Source of the DNA: a virus
Lineage: Duplodnaviria > Caudoviricetes
DNA length: 64,000 bases
IMG/VR virus record: IMGVR_UViG_3300009168_000008
Coordinates: 456-64,455 of that record
Strand: one strand, 5' to 3'
Part shown: positions 1 through 8,945 of the stretch, piece by piece
How positions within the stretch are numbered: position 1 is the stretch's first letter
How the letters are laid out: each line of letters starts with the position of its first letter
Notes under the pieces: generated by a model
Told to the model about the DNA's origin: nothing
What the model saw: the letters and a program-made list of their open reading frames with translations, nothing else
Database searches by the model: none
Translations under genes and position numbers: made by a program

Positions 1-458
1 CGGTCCGGCTCTTCCCCGGAGAACATCGTCCCGATGCAGCCGCTCGGCCACGTGAGTCTCCGCTTCGACGGCTCATACCGGGGGCGCTTGCCGGGAGGGG
101 CGATGGTCATCAAGCCCGATTCGCCCTCGATCATGACGTCGCGGGTGTCCGCGCCGGTGGCCCCGACGATCGCCATTCTGCCCGTGACGTCACTCATCCG
201 GTGCGTGTACTCGGCCCCCGTGCGCGTCTTGCCCGAGCCGCGCCCGGAGAGCAGCAGCCACGTCAGCCAGTCGTTGTCCGCTGGCGGGTGTTGGTCCTGC
301 CGGGCGTGGTTCCAGGCCCACTCCTCGTGGGGACGCCCGTCGCACGCCGGCCGCGCGCAGTAGAAGGGCCGCCACTCGTTGTCGGCGCGGGCCTTGAGCG
401 CCTCCAACGCCTTCTGTTGGGCTTGCGGGGTCCACGACTTGTAGGCGTCGGTGTTCAC
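1..458 (-). CDS. terL: Terminase large subunit, N-terminal ATPase part (runs off left edge)
   Basis: Not in the ORF track. Manual translation from GTG at 458 gives MNTDAYKSW...WLLLSGRGSGKTRTGAEY...RDVMIEGESG...FSGEEPD, with Walker A GRGSGKT. GTGA overlap with the upstream gene. Confidence 0.9.
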   Translation of the reverse strand, partial: MNTDAYKSWTPQAQQKALEALKARADNEWRPFYCARPACDGRPHEEWAWNHARQDQHPPADNDWLTWLLLSGRGSGKTRTGAEYTHRMSDVTGRMAIVGATGADTRDVMIEGESGLMTIAPPGKRPRYEPSKRRLTWPSGCIGTMFSGEEPD

Positions 459-781
459 AGGAGTAGGCCTCCGCGTAGGAAGTAGGGCAGGTCGCCGGGG
501 TCGAGCTCGGTCATCGCCGCCATCCACGTCCCGAACCCGCGCCGGAACATCGTCTCGGCCCCGATCCCGCGCTCACGGGCCACGTCGCGCACGATCCTCA
601 TCTCGCCGACCGGGACCTTGAGCCCCAAGCGGACATCGGGGGACGCCTCGGCGAGGATGTCGGTCCGGTTCCCGCCCATCGCCCGCGCCCGCCACCGAGC
701 CACCCGCGGCGACGCGTCGAGCGCGGCCAGCGCGGTACGCACGTAGGCCACCACCTCGTCGTCCTCAATCGGCAGTGGCAA
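455..781 (-). CDS. Hypothetical protein in the packaging operon
   Basis: 108-aa ORF overlapping both neighbours. Confidence 0.65.
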   Translation of the reverse strand: MPLPIEDDEVVAYVRTALAALDASPRVARWRARAMGGNRTDILAEASPDVRLGLKVPVGEMRIVRDVARERGIGAETMFRRGFGTWMAAMTELDPGDLPYFLRGGLLL

Positions 782-1229
782 GGTCCACGTCGATCACGTC
801 GGGCTCCATCGCCAAGAGCTCGCCGGCGGTGGAACTGATCATGCTGGCGACCCATGCGTCGATCTCGGCCGTGGTCGGAGAGTGGATGATGACCTCGGCC
901 GGGGCGTCGAGCCCGTAGAGCCGACAGTGCCGGTCGATGAGCTCCTTGGCGACCTTGACGGCGGCCAGTTGCTCTGGGTGGTTCTGATCGGTGGCCTTCT
1001 GCCAGACGCTCCTCAGGAGTCGCTCGATGCGGGCTCCGTTCTCGGCGCGGAGCCGCTGTCGCCCCTCCACGTCGTCCCAGGCCCGCGCGGAGAGCGCATC
1101 CTCGGCCGCGGTACGGGCCGCCATCGCATCGGGCAGCCCCAAGGCGTCGGCCACTTCGTCGTAGCCCGCCCCGGCCAGCCGCAGCGCCAGGGCGGCGTTG
1201 GCCGTGCGCGCCGGGCGCGGCTCAGGCAT
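765..1229 (-). CDS. HTH protein, probable terminase small subunit
   Basis: ALALRLAGAGYDEVADALG HTH plus LIDRHCRLYGLDAP, typical of actinophage TerS-like proteins; upstream of terL. Confidence 0.7.
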   Translation of the reverse strand: MPEPRPARTANAALALRLAGAGYDEVADALGLPDAMAARTAAEDALSARAWDDVEGRQRLRAENGARIERLLRSVWQKATDQNHPEQLAAVKVAKELIDRHCRLYGLDAPAEVIIHSPTTAEIDAWVASMISSTAGELLAMEPDVIDVDLATAD

Positions 1230-1437
1230 CACTCGCCTCGAGCGGAGGCAGGTACTCCTTCGACCCGCCCGTGGCGCGGTCGCGGGTGTTCTTCGGGTCG
1301 ACCTCCTTGGCCACACACCACCCCACGTAGTCGGAGAGGGACCAGTTGCGCCCCTTGGCCCGTTGCGCGGCCTCGCGGTAGTGGTCGAAGGGCAGTCGGA
1401 CCGTCGTGGCGATCCGCGGCCCCTTGTTCATCCGCAT
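1222..1437 (-). CDS. Ribbon-helix-helix DNA-binding protein (leaderless)
   Basis: TTVRLPFDHYREAAQRAKGRNWSLSDYV RHH pattern; TATGGT-N6-ATG. Confidence 0.65.
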   Translation of the reverse strand: MRMNKGPRIATTVRLPFDHYREAAQRAKGRNWSLSDYVGWCVAKEVDPKNTRDRATGGSKEYLPPLEASDA

Positions 1438-1460
1438 GCACTGACCATAGTGCATCACTT

Positions 1461-1826
1461 TCAGCGCCAGGCCCCATCCGCCCCGCGGACCGCCCCGCAC
1501 TTCACGCACTTGCGCATCCCCCCGGCGATCGAGGCCGAGCCGAGGTGCGAGCAGGCGGCGGAAGGCATCGGCACACGAGGTCGCGGCTGGCGGGTGTCCA
1601 CCGGCTCAGGTGTCGTACGCACGTTCGATGCAGGTTGCCGCGGTATCGACTCGCCCGTGCCGTCCGGCTTGGTCGGGCCTACTCCGGTCCAAGCCCGGCA
1701 GACCCAGTTCGCCAGGAAGGCCGAGGCCGACATCGAGAGCGCATCCGCCCGCGCCCGGACCTCACCGTCGACCCCGAGCGGGAGGCGGAGCGGGATCACT
1801 TCGCCCTTGAGCTTGGTGCGTGCCAT
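1461..1826 (-). CDS. Ribbon-helix-helix protein with C-terminal Cys motif (leaderless)
   Basis: IPLRLPLGVDGEVRARADALSMSASAFL RHH pattern; C-terminal CxxC; TAACGT-N7-ATG. Confidence 0.65.
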   Translation of the reverse strand: MARTKLKGEVIPLRLPLGVDGEVRARADALSMSASAFLANWVCRAWTGVGPTKPDGTGESIPRQPASNVRTTPEPVDTRQPRPRVPMPSAACSHLGSASIAGGMRKCVKCGAVRGADGAWR

Positions 1827-1905
1827 CCCGTATACGTTAACACTGAGATGCGGTATCCGTATACGCCTCAGAGTCCTCCTGAGTGCCCTTCCCGTATACG
1901 GGACT
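1827..1905. promoter_or_regulatory. Three CGTATACG palindromes overlapping the leftward promoter (putative operators)
   Basis: CGTATACG at 1829, 1858 and 1893 in a lower-GC intergenic segment. Confidence 0.55.
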
Positions 1906-2073
1906 GGTCGGAATCACCGGACCCGCAGCGGAGCGGAGAGCACCTTCCCCGGATAGGCCGAAACGGCCGCGGGGGACCACCCCTCCGGGGAGCTCACGAC
2001 CGACCGTTTCCCGGGCATTTCCCGGCCATCCGCCGGCCATAACCCCTGGTCACAGGCATATTTCGGAAATACG

Positions 2074-2102
2074 TTGCATTCCGTGAACCGTTCCGCTAGG
2101 TT
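2074..2102 (+). promoter_or_regulatory. SigA-type early promoter
   Basis: TTGCAT-N17-TAGGTT upstream of the first plus-strand gene. Confidence 0.7.
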
Positions 2103-2164
2103 ATCAATCGTCGAAGTCAAGCGATTCCCCGGAACCGGGGAACGGAACGAAAGGAACAACGACG

Positions 2165-2506
2165 ATGGCTACGGAAACTGAGATGAAGGCCCTGATCGCC
2201 CGGGCGGCGAAACTCCCCCGGATTGATCGTCCGGCGGTCGCCGGGAACTGGGATCACCCCGCCGGGGTGTTCGCCGATCCGGCGGCGGATGCGGTACGCA
2301 AGTTCGTCGCCGATGCGACGGCCGCTGGCCTGAAGCCCATCGAGATCATGAATCTCGGCGGCTCGGGTGAGACGGAACTGAAGCTCCACAAGAACGGGAA
2401 GAAGGCCAACCTCCTCCCCGGTCGGGCGTTCCAGTCCGCTGAGGATGTCCGCCGGGCGCTCCGCCCGGTGAAGGTCAAGGCCGAGAAGGTGGCCGCGGCC
2501 GCCTGA
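2165..2506 (+). CDS. Hypothetical early protein
   Basis: GAAAGGAAC RBS; 113 aa. Confidence 0.8.
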   Translation: MATETEMKALIARAAKLPRIDRPAVAGNWDHPAGVFADPAADAVRKFVADATAAGLKPIEIMNLGGSGETELKLHKNGKKANLLPGRAFQSAEDVRRALRPVKVKAEKVAAAA

Positions 2507-2625
2507 CGGTACGGGATGGCGTCCCGGGGATTCGTCCCCGGGCGTCGCCCGCTGGTCCCCGGCTTTCGGTCGGGTGCCGGCGTGCGATGCAGCCTGCGTC
2601 GCGGTTCGTGAAAGGAACCCACATC

Positions 2626-3181
2626 ATGTACACCCATCCCCTCGACGGGGACTTCCCGGAGGACCACGACCCCGTGCCTCCGACGGAGACCTACGACTTC
2701 GCCTTCGGGCTCGCCTGCTGGGTCGGTACGACCATCGTCCTCGACGAGGTGCCGGCGTGAACGACGAGTGCATCCACGGCCTGGGCATGGCCTCGGCCTG
2801 CTCGGTCTGCAATGGCCGGGTGGCGCGAGAGCGTCGCCTGGCGGCCGAGCCGAAGGTGATCCCGTTCTGGCTCTTCGAGCGGAAGCGCCGCTCACCGTGG
2901 CTCGACGTGCCGACCGCTGGTCGGGACCTGCGCCGGGTGGTCCGGTGATGCCGGAGTACCGACTCGGGCGAGGCCCGAGATGTGAGCTCGGCCAGGCTTG
3001 CCACCTGGCGCTGGGCTACCCCAACGGCACGTGGAAGCGGCTGCGTGAGCGGCTGGTGGATGCCGGCTGGACACCGATCGAGGTGCTAGCCGAGATGGAC
3101 GCACGGTCCATCGACCCGAAGTGGCGGTGGGAGACGGGCATCGATGCCCTGCTCGACCCGGAGTCGGGCTACTGGGGCTGA
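2626..3181 (+). CDS. Three coupled small hypothetical genes (2626-2760, 2757-2948, 2948-3181)
   Basis: RBS before the first; GTGA and TGATG overlaps. Confidence 0.65.
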
Positions 3182-3187
3182 GCCCCG

Positions 3188-3252
3188 GGACCTGAGCGCT
3201 GTCGTGGCGCTCAGGTCCACGACCCACGGAGAGTCCGTGGGCAGAAAGGAAC
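3188..3252 (+). ncRNA. Structured intergenic element family A, copy 1
   Basis: 12-bp stem, TGTCGTG loop, ACGAC, second hairpin, CAGAAAGGAAC. Confidence 0.6.
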
Positions 3253-3254
3253 CC

Positions 3255-3608
3255 ATGATCGGGTTGATCGGGCTGGCGCTGCTGGCCCCTGCGATGGACG
3301 TGCCGGCGGTTCCGGCACAGGTGGAGACCTGCGTCCCGAGTGACTACGCACCGTGTCTGGTGCGGATTCCCCGGGAGGACGGGAGCGATCTGATCGTCAT
3401 CCCGGCCAGCTGGGACTCGCCGTTCGATGCGGTCGCTGGCGACCAGATCGTCGTGCGATTCATCGGGAGCGATGGGATCGAGGAGGCCGACTTCCAGGCC
3501 AAGTGCGACGACATGGGCGGGCAGCTGAGCTGGTCGTCGATGTGGACCGGTGGCGAGATGGCCAACGGCGAGTTCGTCTGCGGGATGGAAGGCGGCGTGG
3601 ACTTCTGA
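3255..3608 (+). CDS. Hypothetical secreted/membrane protein
   Basis: Hydrophobic N-terminus MIGLIGLALLAPA; RBS. Confidence 0.7.
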   Translation: MIGLIGLALLAPAMDVPAVPAQVETCVPSDYAPCLVRIPREDGSDLIVIPASWDSPFDAVAGDQIVVRFIGSDGIEEADFQAKCDDMGGQLSWSSMWTGGEMANGEFVCGMEGGVDF

Positions 3609-3643
3609 CGGAACCCGAGCCGGGGCGGACTCCCCGGCAACCC

Positions 3644-3707
3644 GGCCCTCCGGGCGCGAGCTGGTGCTTTCACCGCCAGCGCGTCGGTTCGACTCCGACG
3701 AGGGCCA
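3644..3707 (+). tRNA. tRNA-Glu(UUC)-like element lacking a canonical D-arm
   Basis: Acceptor GGCCCTC/GAGGGCC+A, anticodon loop CTTTCAC, T-arm GTCGG-TTCGACT-CCGAC; only 9 nt where the D-arm should be. Confidence 0.6.
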
Positions 3708-3754
3708 CTGTCCGGCACACCCCGTGCCGGCGACGTGTGAAAGGAACACGCACG

Positions 3755-4353
3755 ATGGCGACAGAGAGGCTGGCCTGCGGGCACAGCGAGGACATCCGGC
3801 CGGGACTCCGGCTGTGGTGCTTCTACGACACCACCTTCGGGGTGGTGACCAGGGTGGGCAGCGACAGCTGGCACACCTTCGACACGGACGGGAGTCCGTA
3901 CAAGACGGCAGGCAACGACGCAGGCCTGTACGACGCAAGCCGACTGGCCTGCGTGCCGTGCGGGATTCGCGAGGTCGATGGCCGGGTCCGTGACCCGCTG
4001 GTCCTGACCGAGAGCTGGGAGCTGGTGCGATGAGCGAGACCAACAACCTCGCCGACACCGGCATCGAGCACTCCGCCACGGAGCGGATCACGCTCGAGTG
4101 GGACGACCCAGCACTGCTGCGGATCATCCGCATCCGGTACGTGGGCGACACGTGGTCCGGTCCGTTCGACCTGAGCTACTGCCTCGGGGTCGACACGCAG
4201 GGCCGGCAGGTGAGGGTCCGCATCCCCACCTACCAGGTGTTCGGTGGGCGGAACATCGTCCGCCAGCTGGTGGCCGACGCCCAGCGCGCAGGCGTGTACC
4301 TGCGGGGGCTGTGCGGAGGCCCGATCGATGACGTGCTCAGCGTCTGCTACTGA
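3755..4353 (+). CDS. Two hypothetical genes (3755-4033, 4030-4353)
   Basis: RBS; ATGA overlap. Confidence 0.7.
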
Positions 4354-4356
4354 GCC

Positions 4357-4421
4357 GGGAGGTGGGGCTGTCGTGGCCCCACAGCCCACGACCCGGCCAC
4401 CCTGGCTGGGCAGAAAGGAAC
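4357..4421 (+). ncRNA. Structured intergenic element family A, copy 2
   Basis: Same architecture as copy 1 with a different but complementary stem sequence. Confidence 0.6.
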
Positions 4422-4427
4422 ACTCCG

Positions 4428-4727
4428 ATGTTCGGAGACAGCCCCGCGGTCGAGATGCGTGAGCTCTCGACCCAAGAGACGTGGGACCTCAGCGAGATGA
4501 CCGAGCTGACCTGCGTCAACCACCCGACTGCGGTGTACCTGACCAAGAACCCCTGGTCACGGAACATCCACTTCATCCGCTTCCCGGCGGAGGCGGCGAG
4601 CCCCGAGTGGCGAGCCGAGCACGGGACCGGCATCGCCAACTGCGAGTGCCGCTGCCCGTTCGCCGACCTGCGGATCGTGGTCCGCCGGCAGCCCCCGACC
4701 GTCATCACCCTCGACGAGGTGCAGTGA
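4428..4727 (+). CDS. Hypothetical Cys-containing protein
   Basis: RBS; CxxH...CxC. Confidence 0.7.
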   Translation: MFGDSPAVEMRELSTQETWDLSEMTELTCVNHPTAVYLTKNPWSRNIHFIRFPAEAASPEWRAEHGTGIANCECRCPFADLRIVVRRQPPTVITLDEVQ

Positions 4728-4969
4728 TGGAGCGGAGGCAGGCCCTGGGCCTGGCGATCACGTCCCACCGGACGGCGCGCGGCATGGCCCGCAAGGTGCT
4801 CGCCGCCGAGGCGGGCATCTCGTACCCGTACCTCAGCGAGATCGAGAGCGGAGCCAAGGTGCCCACGATCGAGACGCTGTGGGCAATCGCCGAGGCGCTC
4901 GGCCGGGTGCCCAGCCAGCTGCTCACGACAGCTGAGCTGCTCGAAGCAGACGAGGACATCCTGCGATGA
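4727..4969 (+). CDS. XRE-family HTH regulator
   Basis: LAAEAGISYPYLSEIESGAKVPTIETLWAIAEALG. Confidence 0.9.
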   Translation: MERRQALGLAITSHRTARGMARKVLAAEAGISYPYLSEIESGAKVPTIETLWAIAEALGRVPSQLLTTAELLEADEDILR

Positions 4970-5546
4970 GCCTCCACTGCCAGTGCAACCAGGTGGCCTT
5001 CGACCACTCGGCCGGGTGCTGCCCCAAGGTGGGCACGATCCACGCCGAGCGAGCCGGAGTCGAGCTGTGGCTGTGCGTGGACTGCATCCTCAGCAGCGAC
5101 GTCAAGCTCGACCCGGAGGACGACGACGAGGAGGACGACGTGGACTGGGAGCTCGAGCGCAGCATCGAGCGATCCGAGATGGAGGCGGAGTGCGCACGAC
5201 TCAACCGGCTGAGGTGACCGAGGTCCGCATCCGCGGCACGGTCACCGTCAGGCCCAAGCGCAGCGTCATCCCCGCACTGCTCCTGCTGGGTGGGGTGGCG
5301 GCCATGCTCGGCTACGTCGTGGCCGGAGTCGAGAGACACCAGCCACCGCCGACGCTGTACGACAAGCTCGCCGCAGAGCAGGCCGAGGAACAGGCCACCG
5401 CCGAGCGCAACGCGCAGCTGTGCGACCACGCCACCGTCGCCGACATGATCGGCACGGAGTTCTACCACCACAACTGCGTCGAGCTCGGGCTCGGCACGAG
5501 CGAGCGAGCAGCCATCGCCCGCCAGATCGACGCCTCGCTGAGGTGA
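4966..5546 (+). CDS. Two hypothetical genes (4966-5217 acidic/Cys; 5214-5546 single TM)
   Basis: Coupled overlaps; hydrophobic segment in the second. Confidence 0.65.
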
Positions 5547-5551
5547 GCCCC

Positions 5552-5569
5552 GGCCCCCGCGCGGGGGCC
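5552..5569. repeat. 18-bp palindrome GGCCCCCGCGCGGGGGCC, copy 1 (intergenic)
   Basis: Exact; extends to a 24-bp palindrome at 5549-5572. Confidence 0.9.
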
Positions 5570-5680
5570 GGGATGGGACGCCTGCGAGGAGGCGCTGTAC
5601 GGCCCGTAGGAGGGCGACAGCGCCCGGGCGCGGGCGCGGGCGCGCCGGTAGCTCCCCGGCGTGCTGACAGGTGCTGACAG

Positions 5681-5749
5681 GGGGCTGGCCTCGGTGGCCG
5701 CGGGTTACGTGTTCCTTACCGCGAGCGGGTTCGATTCCCGCCAGCCCCA
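5681..5749 (+). ncRNA. tRNA-like element with non-canonical anticodon arm
   Basis: Acceptor GGGGCTG/CAGCCCC+A; T-arm GCGGG-TTCGATT-CCCGC; CGCGG/CCGCG stem with a 15-nt loop. Confidence 0.5.
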
Positions 5750-5758
5750 CGACAGGGA

Positions 5759-5808
5759 AATACCTGCGTGCGGTAGCTATCCCAGCTCCGCCCGGGTACC
5801 GTGTCAAT
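5759..5808 (+). promoter_or_regulatory. Promoter family B, copy 1
   Basis: AATACCTGCG box, TAGCTA-N17-TACCGT, then TCAAT. Confidence 0.55.
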
Positions 5809-5850
5809 GGATCGCCGCCAACGGGCAGCGACGAGGTGAAAGGAACACCG

Positions 5851-6188
5851 ATGGACGAGAACTGGGGTCCGAGCATTCGGGCCATCTGCCGGGCGACGAG
5901 CTACGAGGACTACCTCCGGCTCGTCGTCGAGGAGGCGGCTGACGAACTGGTCGCCGAGGTCGAGGCCGAGCTGGCGGCGCAGTGAGCGAGGAGTGGGAGG
6001 TGCTGCGCCAGCTGTGGCGGATCACCTCGTACCGAGACGGCTGCGTCTGGGGCACCGAGGACACCGGAACCCAGGTGTGGGTGCCGATGGGTTGCCACGG
6101 CAGCAAGGAGAGGCACGAGCTGTACGTGACGCTCGGGCCGGAGTGGGAGGACGTGCCCATGAGCAGGAAGATCCGCCGCAAGGCGTGA
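5851..6188 (+). CDS. Two small hypothetical genes (5851-5985, 5982-6188)
   Basis: RBS; GTGA overlap. Confidence 0.65.
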
Positions 6189-6191
6189 CCC

Positions 6192-6254
6192 GGACGGGTG
6201 GGCTGTCGTGGTCTGCCCGCCCACGACCACGGACCATCCGTGGCGGAAAGGAAC
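6192..6254 (+). ncRNA. Structured intergenic element family A, copy 3
   Basis: Same architecture; stem maintained with G-U pairs. Confidence 0.6.
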
Positions 6255-6256
6255 AG

Positions 6257-6726
6257 ATGGACGACGACGAGCTGAAGTGCGAGGTCTGCGACAAGCCGGC
6301 GACCCACGTCCTCAGCGGAACGTGGACCGGCAGCACCGCAGGTCCGCTCACGTACTGCATCGAGCACCTGGTGCCGATGGTCACCGACCTCGCCGAGCAC
6401 GGCGACGACGACTACGGCGACGGAGTGCTGCTGAGCTTCACGGTCGGGCGACTCGGATGAGCGCCGGCGCTGCGCTGCGCAAGCTGTACGCAGACTGGGA
6501 GGCGAACGGTGGTGTGGCCCCGGACACCTACGACGAGAACGTGGCCGTGGCCCTGGACCTCGGGCTCGACCCGCTCGATCGGGACGACCCCGAGCTGACC
6601 CGCATCTGGGAAGCAGCCCAGGACGGGCTGGATGACACCGAGGTGGCGGCGCTCCACGAGAGGGCACTGCGGGCCAAGGACAGTCGCGAGTTCGAGGCTG
6701 GGTGGGACGCGCCACCTGCCGGGTGA
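6257..6726 (+). CDS. Two small hypothetical genes (6257-6460, 6457-6726)
   Basis: RBS; ATGA overlap. Confidence 0.65.
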
Positions 6727-6737
6727 CCGGCCAGATG

Positions 6738-6786
6738 AATACCTGCGGGGAGTAGCTTTCCCAGCTCCCCCGCGCTACGCTTCAAT
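6738..6786 (+). promoter_or_regulatory. Promoter family B, copy 2
   Basis: AATACCTGCG box, TAGCTT-N17-TACGCT, then TCAAT. Confidence 0.55.
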
Positions 6787-6834
6787 TGTTCGCCGGGAAT
6801 TGGCCAGGTGAACGGTTCGTTGAAAGGAACCAGC

Positions 6835-7884
6835 ATGAGCGAATCATCGGGGCAGGGCTCTGCCCCCCGTTCGGAGGTCACGGCGGTCGACGCCTTCCCT
6901 CCCTGTGACATCAACCCGGCCCACGGGGCCGCGGCGTACGACGCCAAGACCACGATGGGCCCGTGGGGCAACCTCTGCCCGACGTGCTTCGAGAACTTCG
7001 GCTACGGCCTCGGCCTCGGGATCGGCCAGCGGCTGGTCCTGCGGGTGAAGCCATGAGCGGCGAGGTGCCGGCGGAGGTGCGGGCTGCGGCCTGCTACCTC
7101 GTCGGGGACTGGAGCGAGGAGCCGGAGTTCCCGGTCGTGGTGATGGGCAACAGCACCATCGGCCCGGGGCCGGAGTGGTCGTTCGGCTACGAGGACACGG
7201 CGTACGTGGCCCGGATGGCGGACGAGCCCGGCACCTACGTCGTCAGTTGGGACGACGAGGACGGGTACCTGGTGACCTGCTACATCAGCGAGGTCGCCAC
7301 CGATACCTACCGCGTGCAGATGCGCGAGGAGGGGGCGATGGTCGAGACGACCCGCTTCCGGATCGACACGCACGACACCGGCTACGTCGTGGTCGAGCTG
7401 CCGAGGGGGCAGTCATGAGCCGCCGCAAGACGGTCGACCTGATGCGGATGGCGAACGACCTGGAGCTGTTGAGCGCCCGGGTCGACGCCGTGTCCTCGGA
7501 CGTGAGGCATCTGACCGAGGACGTGGCCGAGCTGGCCGCCAAGACCGGGGAGTTCGCCCAGCAGGTGACCGACCTGCTCGCCGACATCCGTGAGCAGCAG
7601 CTGAGGGGGCAGCGATGAGCGGGCAGCGGCGCTTGCCGCGCGTCACCTACGGACCGCCCATCGTGTCGATGCCGGTCCTCGAGGTCCAGCCCGGAGACGA
7701 GTGGACCCAGGACGCCGACACCGTGATCGTGCGCCTGGTCGAGCACCTTCACGGCAAGGACGACGAGCCCGCCCGGGTCCGCCTCCACGGGGTCATCGTG
7801 CGCGGCGTGGGCCGCGGGACGAAGGTCCGCACGTGGAGCTTCGTCACCGACCAGCACCTGCAAATCGTGAGGAGGACGAGATGA
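6835..7884 (+). CDS. Four coupled hypothetical genes (6835-7056, 7053-7418, 7415-7618, 7615-7884)
   Basis: RBS, then ATGA overlaps. Confidence 0.7.
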
Positions 7885-8330
7885 GTGAGCTCTACGCCAT
7901 CGACCCCGATGGCGAGATCATCCCCGTGGCGAGCAGCTTCGAGGGCATCAAGGCCGGGTGCGGGGGAGCGACGATCGACTTCATCCGCCCGCACGGAGGG
8001 TGCGGGTTCTACATCGACGACGAGGGGATGCTGACCAACCAGCAGCTGAACGTGGTCGCCTCGATCATGGCAGCGATGGCGCTGTACGGGCCTGCCGTGC
8101 TGACCGGGCCGGACCCGGACGACGAGGGCAACACCCTGCCCCCGAGCGCCGATGCGCTGGCCTTCGCCCAAGAGGTTGGCAAGCGGTGGCGGGCGGTGGT
8201 CAACGACGCCAAGCGCAAGGGCCAGGACCCGTACGTGACGGCCAACGCCGAGACCATCCCGCCGAGCCGGATCATCAGCTTCGATGACCCGGACGAGTTC
8301 ATGCGCCACCTGTTCGGGGAGCGTGAGTGA
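7881..8330 (+). CDS. DUF3846-like protein
   Basis: YIDDEGMLTNQQLNVVAS...LYGPAVLTG..DDEG. Confidence 0.6.
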   Translation: MSELYAIDPDGEIIPVASSFEGIKAGCGGATIDFIRPHGGCGFYIDDEGMLTNQQLNVVASIMAAMALYGPAVLTGPDPDDEGNTLPPSADALAFAQEVGKRWRAVVNDAKRKGQDPYVTANAETIPPSRIISFDDPDEFMRHLFGERE

Positions 8331-8394
8331 TGCCCTGGCAAGGACTCGGCTGCATCGTGTTCCTCATCGTCGCCTTCGTGTCGGTGGTGAGGCG

Positions 8395-8945
8395 ATGAGG
8401 ATGACCCAGGCCGAGGTCACCGAGGTGGCGCGGGGCATCGTCACCGGGGACCTGCTGATCGCCGACCTCTCGATGCCCGAGTGGCAGACGAGCCTGGCCC
8501 TGATCGTCAGCGCCCTGCCCGAGCAAGAGGCGAGGTGGAAGCGCATCGGGCTGATCCTGGTGCCGGTCCGCCCGCACATGAACGGGCGCTGGATCAACGG
8601 CATCGCCCCGGGGTGCACCTTCGAGTGCCGGCTGGTCCACGTCAACGACGTGCAGCGGGTGGGCGAGGCGATGGCCCCGATGTGGGGCGCGCTGTACCCG
8701 GAGGGCCCGACGTGAGCTGGGTGATGGTCGAGCGGGTGACCGCCCGGCAGATGGTCTGGCTCGCATCGCAGCGGGCCAAGGTCAAGCTGCGCGACGGGAA
8801 GTACGCCGTGCTGGTGCGCTGGCCGAGCTCGCACAGCAACAGCCACCGCGGGTGGCAGGTGCGCCTGGAGAACGGGTCCGGGGTGCGCTACTCGCTGCAC
8901 GCCCGGGAGGTCGAGGCGGTCGAGGTCAAGGAGGGGCAGCTGTGA
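8395..8945 (+). CDS. Two hypothetical genes (8395-8715, 8712-8945)
   Basis: Coupled ORFs. Confidence 0.6.

Noticed and set aside
3188-6254. Family A as a hammerhead, HDV/theta ribozyme, H-type pseudoknot or integron attC site
   Set aside because: No CUGANGA core, no HDV P1.1/J4-2 pattern, and no RYYYAAC/GTTRRRY boxes or integrase. The zero-length linker makes a simultaneous pseudoknot with a 12-bp stem implausible.
5759-6790. AATACCTGCG...TAGCT.TCCCAGCT repeats as a tRNA-associated ribozyme
   Set aside because: Better explained as promoters, given fixed 17-bp spacing to TANNNT and a third copy at 29271 that lacks the hairpin.
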